Source: Octopus vulgaris
Lineage: Eukaryota
Direction: 5' to 3'
DNA: 64,000 nucleotides
Assembly (NCBI GenBank): GCA_951406725.2
Contig: OX597819.1
Coordinates: 23,064,001 to 23,128,000, forward strand
The notes under the pieces are model-generated. The model did not search any database. It was not told the origin of the DNA and was given only the letters and a program-made list of their open reading frames with translations. Every line of letters starts with the position of its first letter. The stretch's first letter is position 1. Position numbers and translations under genes: made by a program. This document shows positions 26,375-39,922 of this stretch, one piece after another.

Positions 26375-26546
26375 AGCAGAAAAGAAGAAGAAGAAGAAGA
26401 AGAAGAAGAAGAAGAAGAAGAAGAAGAAGAAGAAGAAGGAAGAAGAAGAAGAAGAAGAAGAAGAAGAAGAAGAAGAAGAAGAAGAAGAAGAAGAAGAAGA
26501 AGAAGAAGAATGGTCATAATGATGGTGGTGGTGGTGGTGGTGATGA
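26155..26546. repeat. Compound (GAT)n(GAA)n(GGT)n microsatellite
   Basis: About 320 bp of GAA-type repeat. Confidence 0.98.
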
Positions 26547-26755
26547 TAAGCTGATCTCTATTTCTGAAGAAGGAAAAGTAGATAAAATGAAAGAAAGATA
26601 CTCAACACATCGAAAAGAGTTTTTTTTTTTAAATGCTGAACGACGGTATATGATGCTTATATCGAATGGGAGATAATAATAGGTATCGCTCAGTGCCTTA
26701 CTTTGTAATGAAAGGAATGTTATGTGTAACTTACGCCTGGCGAAGCTGCTGCAAA

Positions 26756-27053
26756 TTTTATATATAAAAGAGAAGTTGTGTGTCTGTCTCCTACGATTTA
26801 GATTCCTAACTACTCCCACATTTTGCGGTGCGGTTTAACCAAAAGTGGGTATCTTATAGACGTGATTCATATCGAGCCCTTCTGGGTATTAGCGCGCGTC
26901 TACGATGAGTCTAAGACTTAAAAAAAAATTTACCATCATTTTTTTTCCATTTTTTAATGCAATTTTTTTGCTATTTTTTGGCTATAACTCTCTAAAAATG
27001 CTTATATAGTTATTTCCCTTACAAACCCGAGCAACGCCGGGCGATACTGCTAG
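26756..27053 (+). mobile_element. Non-autonomous Helitron
   Basis: 5' T..TATATATAAAA; 3' GC hairpin CCCGAGCAACGCCGGG (27026-27041) then CTAG|T at 27050-27054. Confidence 0.8.
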
Positions 27054-27307
27054 TACTTAAATACAACTCTAACGTAATAAATAAGCGGAATAAGTTAACG
27101 TTACGTTGCTCACGTTTATTTAGCAACACTTTCCAAGCTTCCCCAGTTAAGTATACTAATTATCAGTGTGTCTTAACACTATATAAATACAATAATTTTA
27201 ATTTTATTTTCTTAGCTGCACTTCTATAGCGTATACTCCTTCATATCTGAAATATATTTGATTATCTACAAACTAACAGGTATGGAATTGATTATTTAGA
27301 CATTACT

Positions 27308-27507
27308 CTCTCTCTTACTCTTTTACTTGTTTCAGTCACTTGACTGCGGCCATGCTGGAGCACCGCCTTTAGTCGAGCGAATCGACTCCAGGACTTATTC
27401 TTTGTAAGCCCAGTACTTATTCTATCAGTCTCTTTTGCCGAACCGCTAAGTGACGGGGACAACCAGCATCGGTTGTCAAGCAATGCTAGGGGAACAAACA
27501 CAGACAC
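27308..27507 (-). mobile_element. SINE family C, 3' half
   Basis: TTTTACTTGTTTCAGTCACTTGACTGCGGCCATGCTGGAGCACCGCC. Confidence 0.88.
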
Positions 27508-28020
27508 TTACATACTATATAAATACAATATATTTTACATTTTAGTTTTCTTAGCAAATCCACTTCTATAGGCATTGGTCGGCCCTTCATATCTTAAATA
27601 TATTTGATTATCTACAAACTGAACAGGTATGGACCATGTGAATATTTAGACATTATATTATTTTATTTTATTTTATTTTATCTATTTAAAATTGTTGTAA
27701 TTTTACTTGATTTAGACAGTGGAACTAATATATCACTCACTGGATACTGTTTTTCTTAAAAGATATTGATATTTTTTAGAGTTATGGTTAATTCATCTCG
27801 TCTTCCTCTATTTACTGGGTTGTACTTAACGACATCACTGATTAATTCTATCGTGACATGAAACAAAACAACTAGATACTATGAAGCTCAGAAGATCTGA
27901 TAAGCATACCTTCTCCTCTGTTTGACTTGGACACTGGTCAATAAAAAAATGAGTCAGCTTGAGTTTACTATTATAAACACTCCCACTTTATTACAATTAT
28001 ACATAATTATATAACTATAA

Positions 28021-28024
<4 letters not shown>

Positions 28025-28057
<33 letters not shown>

Positions 28058-28071
28058 TATATGTATATTTA

Positions 28072-28151
<80 letters not shown>

Positions 28152-28409
28152 CGTACGTGCGTGTATTGCATACACCTATTTATTTCGAGTAACAAAACTA
28201 CTATTGGTTCCATGCCGAGAGAAATCTCAGCAGTTATCAAGCCTGCCACATGGGACGTTGGTGTTCGTCTCCGGCTTTTTCTCGGCATAGAACCAACGGT
28301 AGCCTTGTTGACTCACAAATAAAGAATATTTATCCTCCAGCGTGGTGTTGAGCAGTCAGTCTCACGGTTCGGTATTAGTATGTAAATACACACACTCACA
28401 CACACACTG

Positions 28410-28476
<67 letters not shown>

Positions 28477-28736
28477 GTTGAAAGATAGAACTACATCTAG
28501 ACAGATATAGAGATAGACATCCTGTCTGTGGAAGGGCCTTTCACCACTAAAAATAGAGTCACGATTTGCATTTCACTTGTTATACTAATTTAGTTCGTTA
28601 ATTAACCAGTTAAATTGATTGATAAATTGCTCCACAAATAAATCATTCGGTTAGTTTGTCTGACTACTTGTGGTAAAGACTAGGAGTAATGGGACTACGT
28701 CTATGATGAGATATATACATATATACATACATATAC

Positions 28737-28767
<31 letters not shown>

Positions 28768-28815
28768 TGTATGTATGTACGTATGTATGTATGCATGTGC
28801 GTGTGTGTGTGTGCG

Positions 28816-28864
<49 letters not shown>

Positions 28865-29061
28865 GTATATTATATTTACATATATACGTATGTATTTACG
28901 TGTGCATATGTGTGTATATACATAAGTATATATATACATATGTACATATATATATATATATATACATGTATATTATATTTACATATATACGTATGTATTT
29001 ACGTGTGCATATGTGTGTGTATATATATGTATATATATACATATTTACATATATACATATT

Positions 29062-29099
<38 letters not shown>

Positions 29100-29310
29100 T
29101 CAATAAATGGTGGGGTTGTGTTGACCGCACGTGGAGAAATGATAAGTAAGGAAAAATTTTTTTTAAATGAGCATTCTGCATTTTTAAAAAAATTTTTCCT
29201 TACTTATATATATATACATATGCATACATCCATATATAGACACACATATACATACACGCACATAAACACATACACGTATATATGTAAATACGTGTGTGTG
29301 TGTTTGCATG
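28025..29310. repeat. Cluster of (TA)n, (TG)n, (GATA)n and (TATG)n microsatellites
   Basis: Direct inspection. Confidence 0.9.
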
Positions 29311-29984
29311 CATAGAGATGGGAGCATACTCACAGAGATGCATATATAATTACGGTTTCGACATAGGGAAAAGCTAATGGCAGAACTGTCTTATTGCAAC
29401 GCTCACTCTTTCAATGCAAGAAATGAGTTGTTGGAGGTTGAAAGAATTTAAAATCTGGCCCCGAAGTTGCGATGACTTGAAAGATATGCCCTGTTAAATA
29501 AATTGCAGATTCCAATATGTTCTAGAGATAAACGCCAAGGTTTCAAAGCCATAGCAAATACTGATGAAAACTTCATGGCCCACTGCTAGTCTTACCGCTC
29601 TTCTCGTCTGTATTTACTTGCGTGAATTTTGCTGCCCTGGTAACTGTTTATTGAATTTTCCATGTTAACGGTAAACAAAGGATAATTCATTCATCCATTT
29701 ATATATATATGTGTGTGTGTGTGCGTGTATCTTTTATCTTTTACTGGTCTCATCCCAGCGCTGAAGTCACCTTGGTACATCACCTGTGGTTATTCGATAT
29801 TGTTTCCGGTATTGTTTTTGTTGAAGTAGCAAGCTGGACGGAACTGCTCTTCTCTGCATCTCCTGCCGTGACTTAGGTTCATCTGGTATCTAAGATAGAA
29901 ACGTAGACTAATGGGTATATGTTAATTAGTGTATAGCAGTGTTGAGTAGAGCGTGGCACAGTTTGAGTTACCTGGTCTCAGGTG

Positions 29985-30038
<54 letters not shown>

Positions 30039-30041
<3 letters not shown>

Positions 30042-31130
30042 TTGATTTTGACTTTGATTTTGATTTTTCCAGTTTCAGCTAATGAGCTGTGGCCATGCTG
30101 GGGCACCGCCATTTGGTTTGCTACACGATTTTACCTCACGGATGCTTTTTAGCAAACGCCATCTGATGCATGAGAGAGTTCGATGCAGCTGCCCTCATCT
30201 GCACCCCCTGCCGTGAAGTTGGTTCATCCGGGACACCTGACAGGAAGAGATCCAGTCCTACTTTAAAGACATCCGCATCTACACCATGCAGATCCCTCAG
30301 GTTCTTCGGGAGGATATTGAAGAGCTGTGGGCCTCTGAAGCCCAGGCTATCACAATATCTTGTCCTACATCTTGATGGCAAACTTGGAGTCCTTGGTACT
30401 ACGCAGTGGCGTCCGGTTCTGGCATTTGTGTGACTCTCGATGCCAAAGTCTGGGACAAGTCCTTCCAGGATCTTCCAGATATATATTATGACATATCTTT
30501 CTCGCCTACGCTCCAGGGAATAGAGCTTTAATCTCTTGAGTCTTTCCCAGTAGCTCATATGCTGCACAGAGGCTATCTTCTTCGTGTAGCTTCGTTGGAT
30601 CGCCTCAAGTTCTGTGATCAACTTGACACTGGATGGTGACCATAGCTGAGAGCAATAGTCAAAGTGGCTTAGGACAAGTGTCTTCCAGAGGACAATCATG
30701 GTTTCTTGTTCTCTTGTTCTAAAGGTTCTAAGAATCCATCCAGCCAGCCGTCTACATTTCATTGCCAGTTTAGCAACATGTACATGAAAGGTCGCGTCAT
30801 CACTCATGTGAATACCCAGGTATTGCAATCCCTCCGGGTCCAGTGTATTCATTGGGTATTGCATTCAGTTTTGCATGCTGATAGTATAAAGCTTGAAACT
30901 TTTCAGCATTGAACTGCATGCTATTCTTTTCAGCCCACTTGTATATTTCGTCCAGCTCACATTGCAGGTGCTTAGTGTCTTCAGGGTTCTGTATTGCCTG
31001 TGAAACTTTTGTATCATCTGCATAACTTGTGATCGTGGCTCTCTGCGTGGCTGAGGGCATGTCTGAGAGGGCCATTATGAACAGTAGTGGTCCCAAAACA
31101 GTGCCCTGCGGAACACCGCTCACTATTTGC
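30039..31130 (-). mobile_element. 5'-truncated CR1/L2-group LINE (RT C-terminal half, 3' UTR, short repeat tail)
   Basis: [53 protein letters not shown]; small deletion/frameshift near 30815; (TA)n on both sides. Confidence 0.92.
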
Positions 31131-31189
<59 letters not shown>

Positions 31190-31314
31190 TAAATATAGAG
31201 AGGTGGATATATATTTGTGTGTTTCTGTAAATATAAATTTGTATAAATGTAAATATATAAGAAATTAAAGAAGGAAAATACGCACACTTACATAGTTTTA
31301 ATATAATTTTTAAT

Positions 31315-31349
31315 ATATCGACCGGTTTCGCTGTCGCTCTTCATGATAT
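31315..31349 (-). ncRNA. Minimal hammerhead motif (core C3A)
   Basis: Minus strand ATATC-ATGAAGA-GC-GACA-GC-GAAA-CCG-GTC-GATAT. Confidence 0.65.
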
Positions 31350-31399
31350 TGTGTTTTACTTATTTGAATATGTATTTTTTATTAAGAAGTAATTTTGTC

Positions 31400-31530
31400 C
31401 ATATATATATATACATATACGACACTATACATATATGTAATGTGTGTTTTTTTCGTGAGATTATATATATTTCATTATACATTATGTATGTGCGTATACA
31501 TATATATATATAGAGACACAAATATATATA

Positions 31531-31571
<41 letters not shown>

Positions 31572-31700
31572 GTATATATACACATATATAGACACAAATA
31601 TACATACATATATATATACATACATATTATACACACATATATATATATACATGTATATATATATATACACACATATATATATACATATATATATACACAA

Positions 31701-31759
<59 letters not shown>

Positions 31760-32276
31760 CGTGTATACGTACATGCATAATATATAATGAAATATAATCT
31801 CGCAACAAAATTTTATACATTACAATATTACACACCATATTACACACTTCTATTAATATATATCTAGCATCTCTCATTTCCTCTCTCATCGTACATATAT
31901 TAAGATGCAGAAGAAAGTGTTTGTATTTTCCATATCAATGAAATGCAAGCTCTCCAACCTTGCCAACCACAGGCTTATCATTCGCGTACATTGAATGGTT
32001 AAGATTCAGTGTACAGAGGACAGCTATAAATTTCGATAAGAATACAGTCTAAAATGTTACGGAATAACATTTGCACAGATAACCATAAATAAAACATTCA
32101 GTTTTTGTACAGAGTGAAAGAAAAACAGATTCCATATCCAGGAAAATTGATTTGTATATTTGCTATCCTATATCATTGGAGATACGGAGACACACAGAGG
32201 GACACATAGAGATATATTATACACACACACGCACACACACATATATATATACATATAGATATATATACACACACAT

Positions 32277-32322
<46 letters not shown>

Positions 32323-32400
32323 GTATATAAACATTTATATATATATACATATATATATACAGGTATATATACACGTATATATATATGTAAATGCACACAC

Positions 32401-32435
<35 letters not shown>

Positions 32436-32532
32436 TGCACATATATATATATATATACAGGTATATATACACGTATATATATATGTAAATACACACACAT
32501 ATACATATATATATATATGTATATATATGCAC

Positions 32533-32565
<33 letters not shown>

Positions 32566-32580
32566 TTTATATATAAATAA
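31400..32580. repeat. Degenerate TA/CA microsatellite fields
   Basis: Direct inspection. Confidence 0.88.
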
Positions 32581-32581
32581 A

Positions 32582-32742
32582 TATATAATATTATTAGAGA
32601 CAAAACCACTATTTTGCAAAACAAACAAGGAAAGACTTAATCAATACATAAAATTTTAATAATATTAAAATTTTATGTATTGATTAAGTCTTTCCTTGTT
32701 AGTTTTGCAAAATAGTGGTTTTGTCTCTAATAATATTATATA
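32582..32742. repeat. Near-perfect palindrome, ~79-bp arms, 3-nt centre
   Basis: AGAGACAAAACCACTATTTTGCAAAAC pairs with GTTTTGCAAAATAGTGGTTTTGTCTCT; one mismatch seen. Confidence 0.95.
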
Positions 32743-33646
32743 ATATTTTACTATAAAATTGAATTTAATCCTAAATCTGATTTTTTCCCTGTAAATTTGG
32801 ATTTATTCCCTAATATTTATTATAAATAAATATATATATGCGCATGTGTACTGTGATATAACCTCGAAACCCAATATTTACATATTTTCTATACAATGCT
32901 TAGCACATTTCATGTTGTGACATAAAACTGCAAAGAAATGAGGAGGCAATCTCTGAGATGGATAGTAATAAGAATATAAATTAATTTCCAAAATGACAAC
33001 ACAAAGCAAGTTAGGAATAAATTTGTCCATTATGTCTAATTTAATAAAATGTGTAAAAGTTATTCGAAGACGTCGTTTAAAGAGGTTAAATTGAAAACTG
33101 TTTCAGTAAAACTCTTTATCAGAACGATTAACAACAGGGTTGATAATTTTTGAACGAAAATACATAATTTATATGGAAATGAAACGTTGGATTCCGATAT
33201 GAATTTGGGAAGCTATTTTTATGGGCATTTAGCATGTAATATTTTGAACGAAACAACACTGTTTGTATTATCAAAAAAAAACAAAAACGCACGTGTTTAA
33301 GTTTAAAAACTACATAAAGCTCTGCTGAAATTTTAGAAGTGTGAAATGAATTTTTCTTTACAAAACCAAACTATGCTAACGTAATTCCATTAATATATTG
33401 AAAATATTCATACAGCCGTATTTACACCGACAAATTCATACCAATATATTGGCATTAATATATTTCTACTAATTTAATCATACCAACATAATTTTAATAA
33501 CGTCACGAAGCTGCTTCAAGGTATTTTTCGTATATCTTATTTTTTACTTTTGAACAAAGTTTCCTCATATAATACAATATGATGTTGCCTATTGGAACTG
33601 GTTACAACACCACTGCTATGTAAGAGCATAAACGTATTATTATTAA

Positions 33647-33712
<66 letters not shown>

Positions 33713-33949
33713 CATGTCACGTTTATGATGTTGATTTCACATACTTGTTACAGGGGCAACCGATGAAGGGCACGTTGTAAGGAAAAGCTACAGTTTATGC
33801 AGAGGTTAGCATAAAAACAGCGAGGAAAATTAGAGAGAAAGAGGGTCGACAAAACAGCTTCGAACTATGGACAGTGAAATAGCCCACAGATCCAGGAAAA
33901 CCCTGAACAAGAAGGACAACTAATCTCACCCAACTGTTGTTCTCCTAGT

Positions 33950-34329
33950 GTGGAGGCGCAATGTCCCAGTGGTTAGAGCAGCGGACTCGCGGTCGTAGGA
34001 TCGCGGTTTCGATTCCCAGACCAGGCGTTGTGAGTGTTTATTGAGCGAAAACACCTAAAAGCTCCACGAGGCTCCGGCAGGGATGGTGATGATCCCTGCT
34101 GTACTCAACTTTCTATCACTCTTACTTCCTGTTTCTGTTGTACCTGTATTTCAAAGGGCCGGCCTTGTCACTCTCTGTGTCACGCTGAATATCACCGAGA
34201 ACTACGTTAAGGGTACACGTGTCTGTGGAGTGCTCAGCCACTTACACGTTAATTTCACGAGCAGGCTGTTCCGTTGATTCGGATCAACCGGAACCCTCGT
34301 CGTCGTAACCAACGGAGTGCTTCCATCCA
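33950..34329 (+). mobile_element. tRNA-derived SINE, family A (tail type 2), with TSD
   Basis: A/B boxes; TSD TCTCCTAGT at 33941-33949 and 34330-34338; TCCA-repeat end. Confidence 0.93.
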
Positions 34330-34859
34330 TCTCCTAGTAGCAAGCACATTAGCAGTTTAGTTGCATTAATCCAAACGGAGGACGGTGAAGCAGGAACTTC
34401 TCTGTGAAGACAGGAAGTCAACGAAATCAGGAAACGCCACGCTCAAATTTAACAAAACGATCGGATCAGCCTGTATTTATTTCATCGTTTGCACATCATT
34501 ATTATACACAGAATGAGTTCAAATGCCGCTAAGGCTTACTTTGCCTTACACCCTTTCGAGGTCGATGAAACATATATCAGTTCAGTACTTGAGTCGATGT
34601 AACTAGCTCAGCACCCTTCAAAATTGCTAGCCTCGTGCCGAAATTACAAGACATTACTGCACACCAACCATTTTGATGAAATGATATACTCCAAGGGCGA
34701 AACCAACATAGAAACAAAGGCAAATAAGGAAAGGTAAACAAAACCAATACTATTTAAAATCGTTCCACGATACTTCAGAATTGATATCATCTCAAAACAT
34801 TAAACAAAATCCCTACTTTGTATTGTGGGAGTGTATCAGAAATAAAGCTGGTAATTAAA

Positions 34860-36018
34860 AGCCAAGACAATACTTGTTGTAGGTGCCCTGGGAATGATCA
34901 AGAAAGGTACTGACAAATTTTTTGACCAGATCTTTCGGAAACCAACAATCTATGAGAGACAAAAGATTGTGTTGACGTCAATAATAGTAATGATTAGCAG
35001 AGAATTAATTAGTATAGACCAATGTATAAGGAGTGAAAGGAGAATGCTTGCCAAGTATTTGATAAATAGTGATGAAGACCTGCTGCAACATGCCACGAAA
35101 GATATGGGTATAAATACAGATGAAATAATGGGCAAAGAAGAGTTTAACCAAAGAGCTGAAAAGAGAAAAGAAGACCCTCTTGAAATGGGAATGCGTGGAC
35201 AGTTTGAAAGGGATATACAGGACGTTAAGGATAATACATCATAGTGGTCATGGCTTGAGCGAAGTGATTTGAAGCGTACCACCGCAAATCTGATCATTGC
35301 TGCACAGGATCAGGACCTCGCTACCAAGACAGTGAAGTATAACATCTATAAAACGTGTGACACGTAGAAATGCAGACTCTGTGGAAAGAGCGTGGAAAAT
35401 GTGACCCACTTGGTCAGTGGATATGAGAGCCTTGCACAAAAATAATGCAAGCGCCGCCGCGATAACGTGTGTGTGTATCTTCATTGGCCCTTATGCTGTA
35501 AATACCAATATGAAGTAACAGAAAACTGGAATGAACATGTACCAAGTAAAGTTATGCCGGAGGATGGAAAAGTAACGATACTCTAGGACTATAATTTTCA
35601 GACGGATCGTGTATTTGAACACCCTGAGCCGGATATTGTCGTATTGAATAAGAGAGACAAATACTATCAGATCATTGACGTAACCATACTAAATTACATG
35701 AATGTTGTGAGAAAAGCGGTAGAAAATGTCACCAAGTAGTCCGAATTGAATGTGGAAGGGGCAAGCCTGTTTGGGAATGTGAGAGGGTAATGTAAAAGTG
35801 ATACCAGGGGTGATCGGAGCGTTGGGCTCAATCCCATTGAAACTTCAAGTCTTCTTAAGGCCACTGCAAATCCCATACAAGATTGATGTCTTGCAAAAAA
35901 CAGCCTTATTGGGCACAGCGCACATCTTAAGGAAAGTATTATCTGTCTGAGGTCCTTGTGATATGACAGATGACTAAATACTCCGGTGCATTTTTACCTA
36001 CACTGTGTCACGGAGGAA
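34860..36018 (+). mobile_element. Two decayed R4/Dong 3' fragments
   Basis: VVGALGMIKK...QKIVL (34860-34980), then IIAAQDQ, KCRLCG...HLVSG, PDIVV, QKTALLGTAHILRKVL (34996-35950) with stops; ends at (TAA)n. Confidence 0.85.
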
Positions 36019-36023
36019 TAATG

Positions 36024-36135
<112 letters not shown>

Positions 36136-36655
36136 GTATGGATGTGTGGTAACGGGTGCCTGGTACCAACATACATTGGAAAAATTGTAAAAAGTAATGG
36201 ATGAAATGGGGAAGGCAGAAATCCTCTGGGACTTTGACTTCCAAACAGACAAGATGTTAGAGCACCGAAAGCCAGATATAGGAACCTTTAAGCGGGGACA
36301 AACAATGGCAGTGCCAGGAGATCAACATATCATGAAAGATGGAAAAAATCGCTAAATATGGAGAACTGAGAACTGAGATCGCCAAAATGTGGCAGCTACG
36401 GAAGTCAAACTTAAAGGTTGTCATCGGGGCATTGGGTTCAATACGGCCCAACCTGAAAAAACATCTGGAAACTTTAAAAATACCGTACAATCTAGATGTA
36501 TTGCAGAAATCGGCATTACTTAGAACTGCACGCATATGGCGTAAAGTACCATCTGCTTGGAGTCCTTGTTGTGACTTGACAGACAGTACAGCTTCCAATA
36601 GACACAATATCTTCAACCAACAACTTCACGATATTGGATACCGTGCGACGTCTTA
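36136..36655 (+). mobile_element. R4/Dong 3' fragment between (TAA)n tracts
   Basis: ILWDFDFQTD...HRKPDI, EKIAKYGEL, VIGALG, QKSALLRTA. Confidence 0.85.
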
Positions 36656-36697
<42 letters not shown>

Positions 36698-36819
36698 CAT
36701 AATAATCATAATAATCATAATAATAATAATAATTTATTTCTTTATTGCTCACGGGGGCTAAACATAGAGGGGCAAACAAGGACAGAAAAAGGAATTAAGT
36801 CGATTACATTGACCCCAGA

Positions 36820-38330
36820 CAGGCTAATGTAAGAAAATTGATAAATGACCGTAAACTAAGCCAGAAAGAGACAATAATTTACACAGAATTAAATAAAAAA
36901 AGCAGAACAAACAAATAAAGAAGTCACCCGCTGAATCCGATATGCACAAACAAAATGACGACACATACGGGGTATGACAAAAAGACCCCTTTTTTTGCAG
37001 GCTGACAAACGTTTCAATAGCAAATAGATGTAATGTGCCGCTATAATTTTATGATGGCAACTGAAGAAAGATGGTAAAGCATTATCTAAATGAAGACACC
37101 ATCACACTCTAACTTTACAGCCGTGTAAATTATAGAACGTTTTTCTGACGCACTCTGCACAATGAAGGAACCTTCAAAACACAATTAAAATAGCAGAGGA
37201 CACAACACACCAGAAACTCCTTAGCCATTATAGAACAATAAAAAAAAACGAATTAGATAAAAAAAACAACTAAATAAATAACAAATAGAAGACCTACATC
37301 AAATGAAGAATCCTACGAATCTCCATAGAAACCACTGGACAAATACTCGCTCACAGCAAAAGTACCTTCGACCCCACACGTAGCAGTAAGCAAAATAGAA
37401 GTAAATATCACAGACTTAACAACACTGAGGATGATTTATCAAAATCAATAACGAGATTCAAAGAGAACGTTAAAAAACAACTTATCATGAGTTAAGAAAA
37501 ACACCTGATCAAGTTACACATAGACTTATAGCTCAACTAAACACAAGGTCCTATAACAAATTCTATTTATGGAAACAAATCCGAATAGCAAGAAGCTAAA
37601 TGTTACAGCATATACAGTTGCTGTGGTAGCATTGAAGGAAATCGGGCTTTATCTTGATAGAGGTAAAACATTCTCTGTCAAACCGAACGAATTCACCAGG
37701 TAGAAAATAGACCGTTTTGAATTGAAAATTACGCCGGAAAGACTTATCAAAACGGACGAACATGATGCTAGAAAAAAAATAGAAACAATCAAGAAATATT
37801 TTTATCAATGAAGAAATACATCCAAAAACATAAAGAAAGGCTTAAGGAAATCATATCAGTAATGTTATGAAGGCGAGGACTCTTCGAAATGTGTGAACTC
37901 TTAGGATAACAAAAGTATAACATTGAATAAGAAGCACGTTAAATAGGGACATTAACAACAAAAGAAACAGAGAGAAAAAGAAGTAAGCTGACAACAGTGA
38001 ACAATAGATTAAGAACAATGGTTGTTCAAGTATAAGAGGAAAAAAATGGAACGAAAAATATTCAATACATTCAAGGAGAATATTGATTCTAAAGACAAAT
38101 AAGAAAAATAAAATAGTCACGAGTATTGTCCAACAAGGAATATGCTACACAATCACTACCCTTCAAACTTGCAAGGAATTCAACAAAACTGCTGGCAACT
38201 GGAAATAAAAAACGGGACTGATAAATCCTCAGTTTCTGGATCAAATAACTTACCGATATTCATGTGTCAGTCGCAACAACATGTGCAAAGAAAAGGTTGG
38301 CATGGCCTATTATAGGCGCATTAGATAAAT
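36820..38330 (+). mobile_element. Highly decayed A-rich LINE segment, possibly the N-terminal part of an R4/Dong ORF
   Basis: Strong A-rich strand bias like the neighbouring Dong copies and scattered peptide traces (RKDLS; NWK...G.D); many stops. Confidence 0.45.
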
Positions 38331-38625
38331 ACATAGGGTGATAAATGGTGGTGGGGGTACCATTATGGTATGAATACTCTAAGTGCTTCAGTATTATGTT
38401 AAAGAATATTTTAGAGTATAAGTTTTTCGTATGAATTATTCAATGATCTTCTTCGCATAAAATAATAGTTAAGAGAATGTTAACTTGCTTCGTGTAATAA
38501 GCATTAGAAAGTTAATTATGAATAATTATGCAGTGTGGAAAATACACCAGAGTCTAAGTTTGAATCTTTTCAGCACTACTAAGTGTCTTCCATGCGGAAA
38601 ATTTCTGGATCTCATCTGTGAACAA

Positions 38626-38682
<57 letters not shown>

Positions 38683-38684
38683 AT

Positions 38685-38858
38685 TATATTATATAGAGGG
38701 TACTATTATTCATAGGTACGGCACGCTAAATTCTGTTTTTAACTGACTTGCTTTGAAGTTTTGCATTCGGTACAATTTGTTTATTTTAGTAGTTTTGACT
38801 GCAAGAGTCCTTCCTAGCGTGCGGTACCTATGAATAATAGTACCCTCTATATAATATA
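38685..38858. repeat. Inverted repeat, ~44-bp arms, ~85-bp spacer
   Basis: AGAGGGTACTATTATTCATAGGTAC pairs with GTACCTATGAATAATAGTACCCTCT. Confidence 0.92.
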
Positions 38859-38966
38859 AATAAATATTTTCAAAGTGGAAAAATTTACAGATTTTTTTCT
38901 CTTGCGAGGTTTTTCACGCTAACTACTGATAATTTCTTATAAAGATTTTATCCTTATTTAAAAATT

Positions 38967-39021
<55 letters not shown>

Positions 39022-39022
39022 T

Positions 39023-39072
<50 letters not shown>

Positions 39073-39121
39073 TATATAGATAGATAGATAGATAGATATT
39101 TGTGTGTATAAATATATGTAA

Positions 39122-39184
<63 letters not shown>

Positions 39185-39469
39185 CATATATAAGTACATA
39201 CGTGTTTCGTGAATTCTCCAGACGTGTTTCGGTGTTATTAGCGAACCTCAGCAAAGTATTGACTACACTGCAAACACCCAACTATTCATATGAGAATTGT
39301 GTATTATACGCTAGTTGGTTTAAAAATTAGCTTAAGCTAGAGAATGAATTATTCTGAAACCTCCACTTCACAGGAAGAACAAAGGATAAACTGAAATGGA
39401 ACTCCAAAATATACTAAGGAATAATAAAGTGAAAAATATCTCCATAGCGTATATCCTGCAAAACTGGAC

Positions 39470-39700
39470 AGAGAGGAAGTGCAAGTCATCGCTCAAAAGT
39501 ATCGCTCTAGAAGCAGAAACGGAAGGTCTGATTTTAGCAACACAGTATTAATGTCTAGCCGTCAGAAAATTACAAAAATAAATTAAAATCACAAGATACT
39601 ATTAGCTGCGGACTTTGTAATCAGAAAAAGAAATAATCGATCATATCAATTCTCGAAGTTCATCGTGTTAAGAAAGAATACATATCTACAGAAATGACCC
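39470..39700 (+). mobile_element. Decayed R4/Dong fragment
   Basis: LEAETEGLILATQ and CGLCNQ...DHI traces. Confidence 0.6.
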
Positions 39701-39922
39701 TGAAAATGAATAAGAAAGCGTATAAAAGATATATAACAATGATCTGGCTAAGATAATTTGCACAAGAATCTCGAAAGGAAAATCTGTGTGGTATGAATGT
39801 AAAGCTATAATTGAGACATTAAGGACAATAATGGAAAAGTATGAACAAAGATAAAAGTCAGTAGGGCTTACAAACTTGCACACTTGGGCCAATGACTTTT
39901 TTCTTTTTTGCTTTTTGCTATT

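Noticed and set aside
26026-26676. Long poly-K/E/R ORFs
   Set aside because: Translations of the (GAT)n(GAA)n microsatellite
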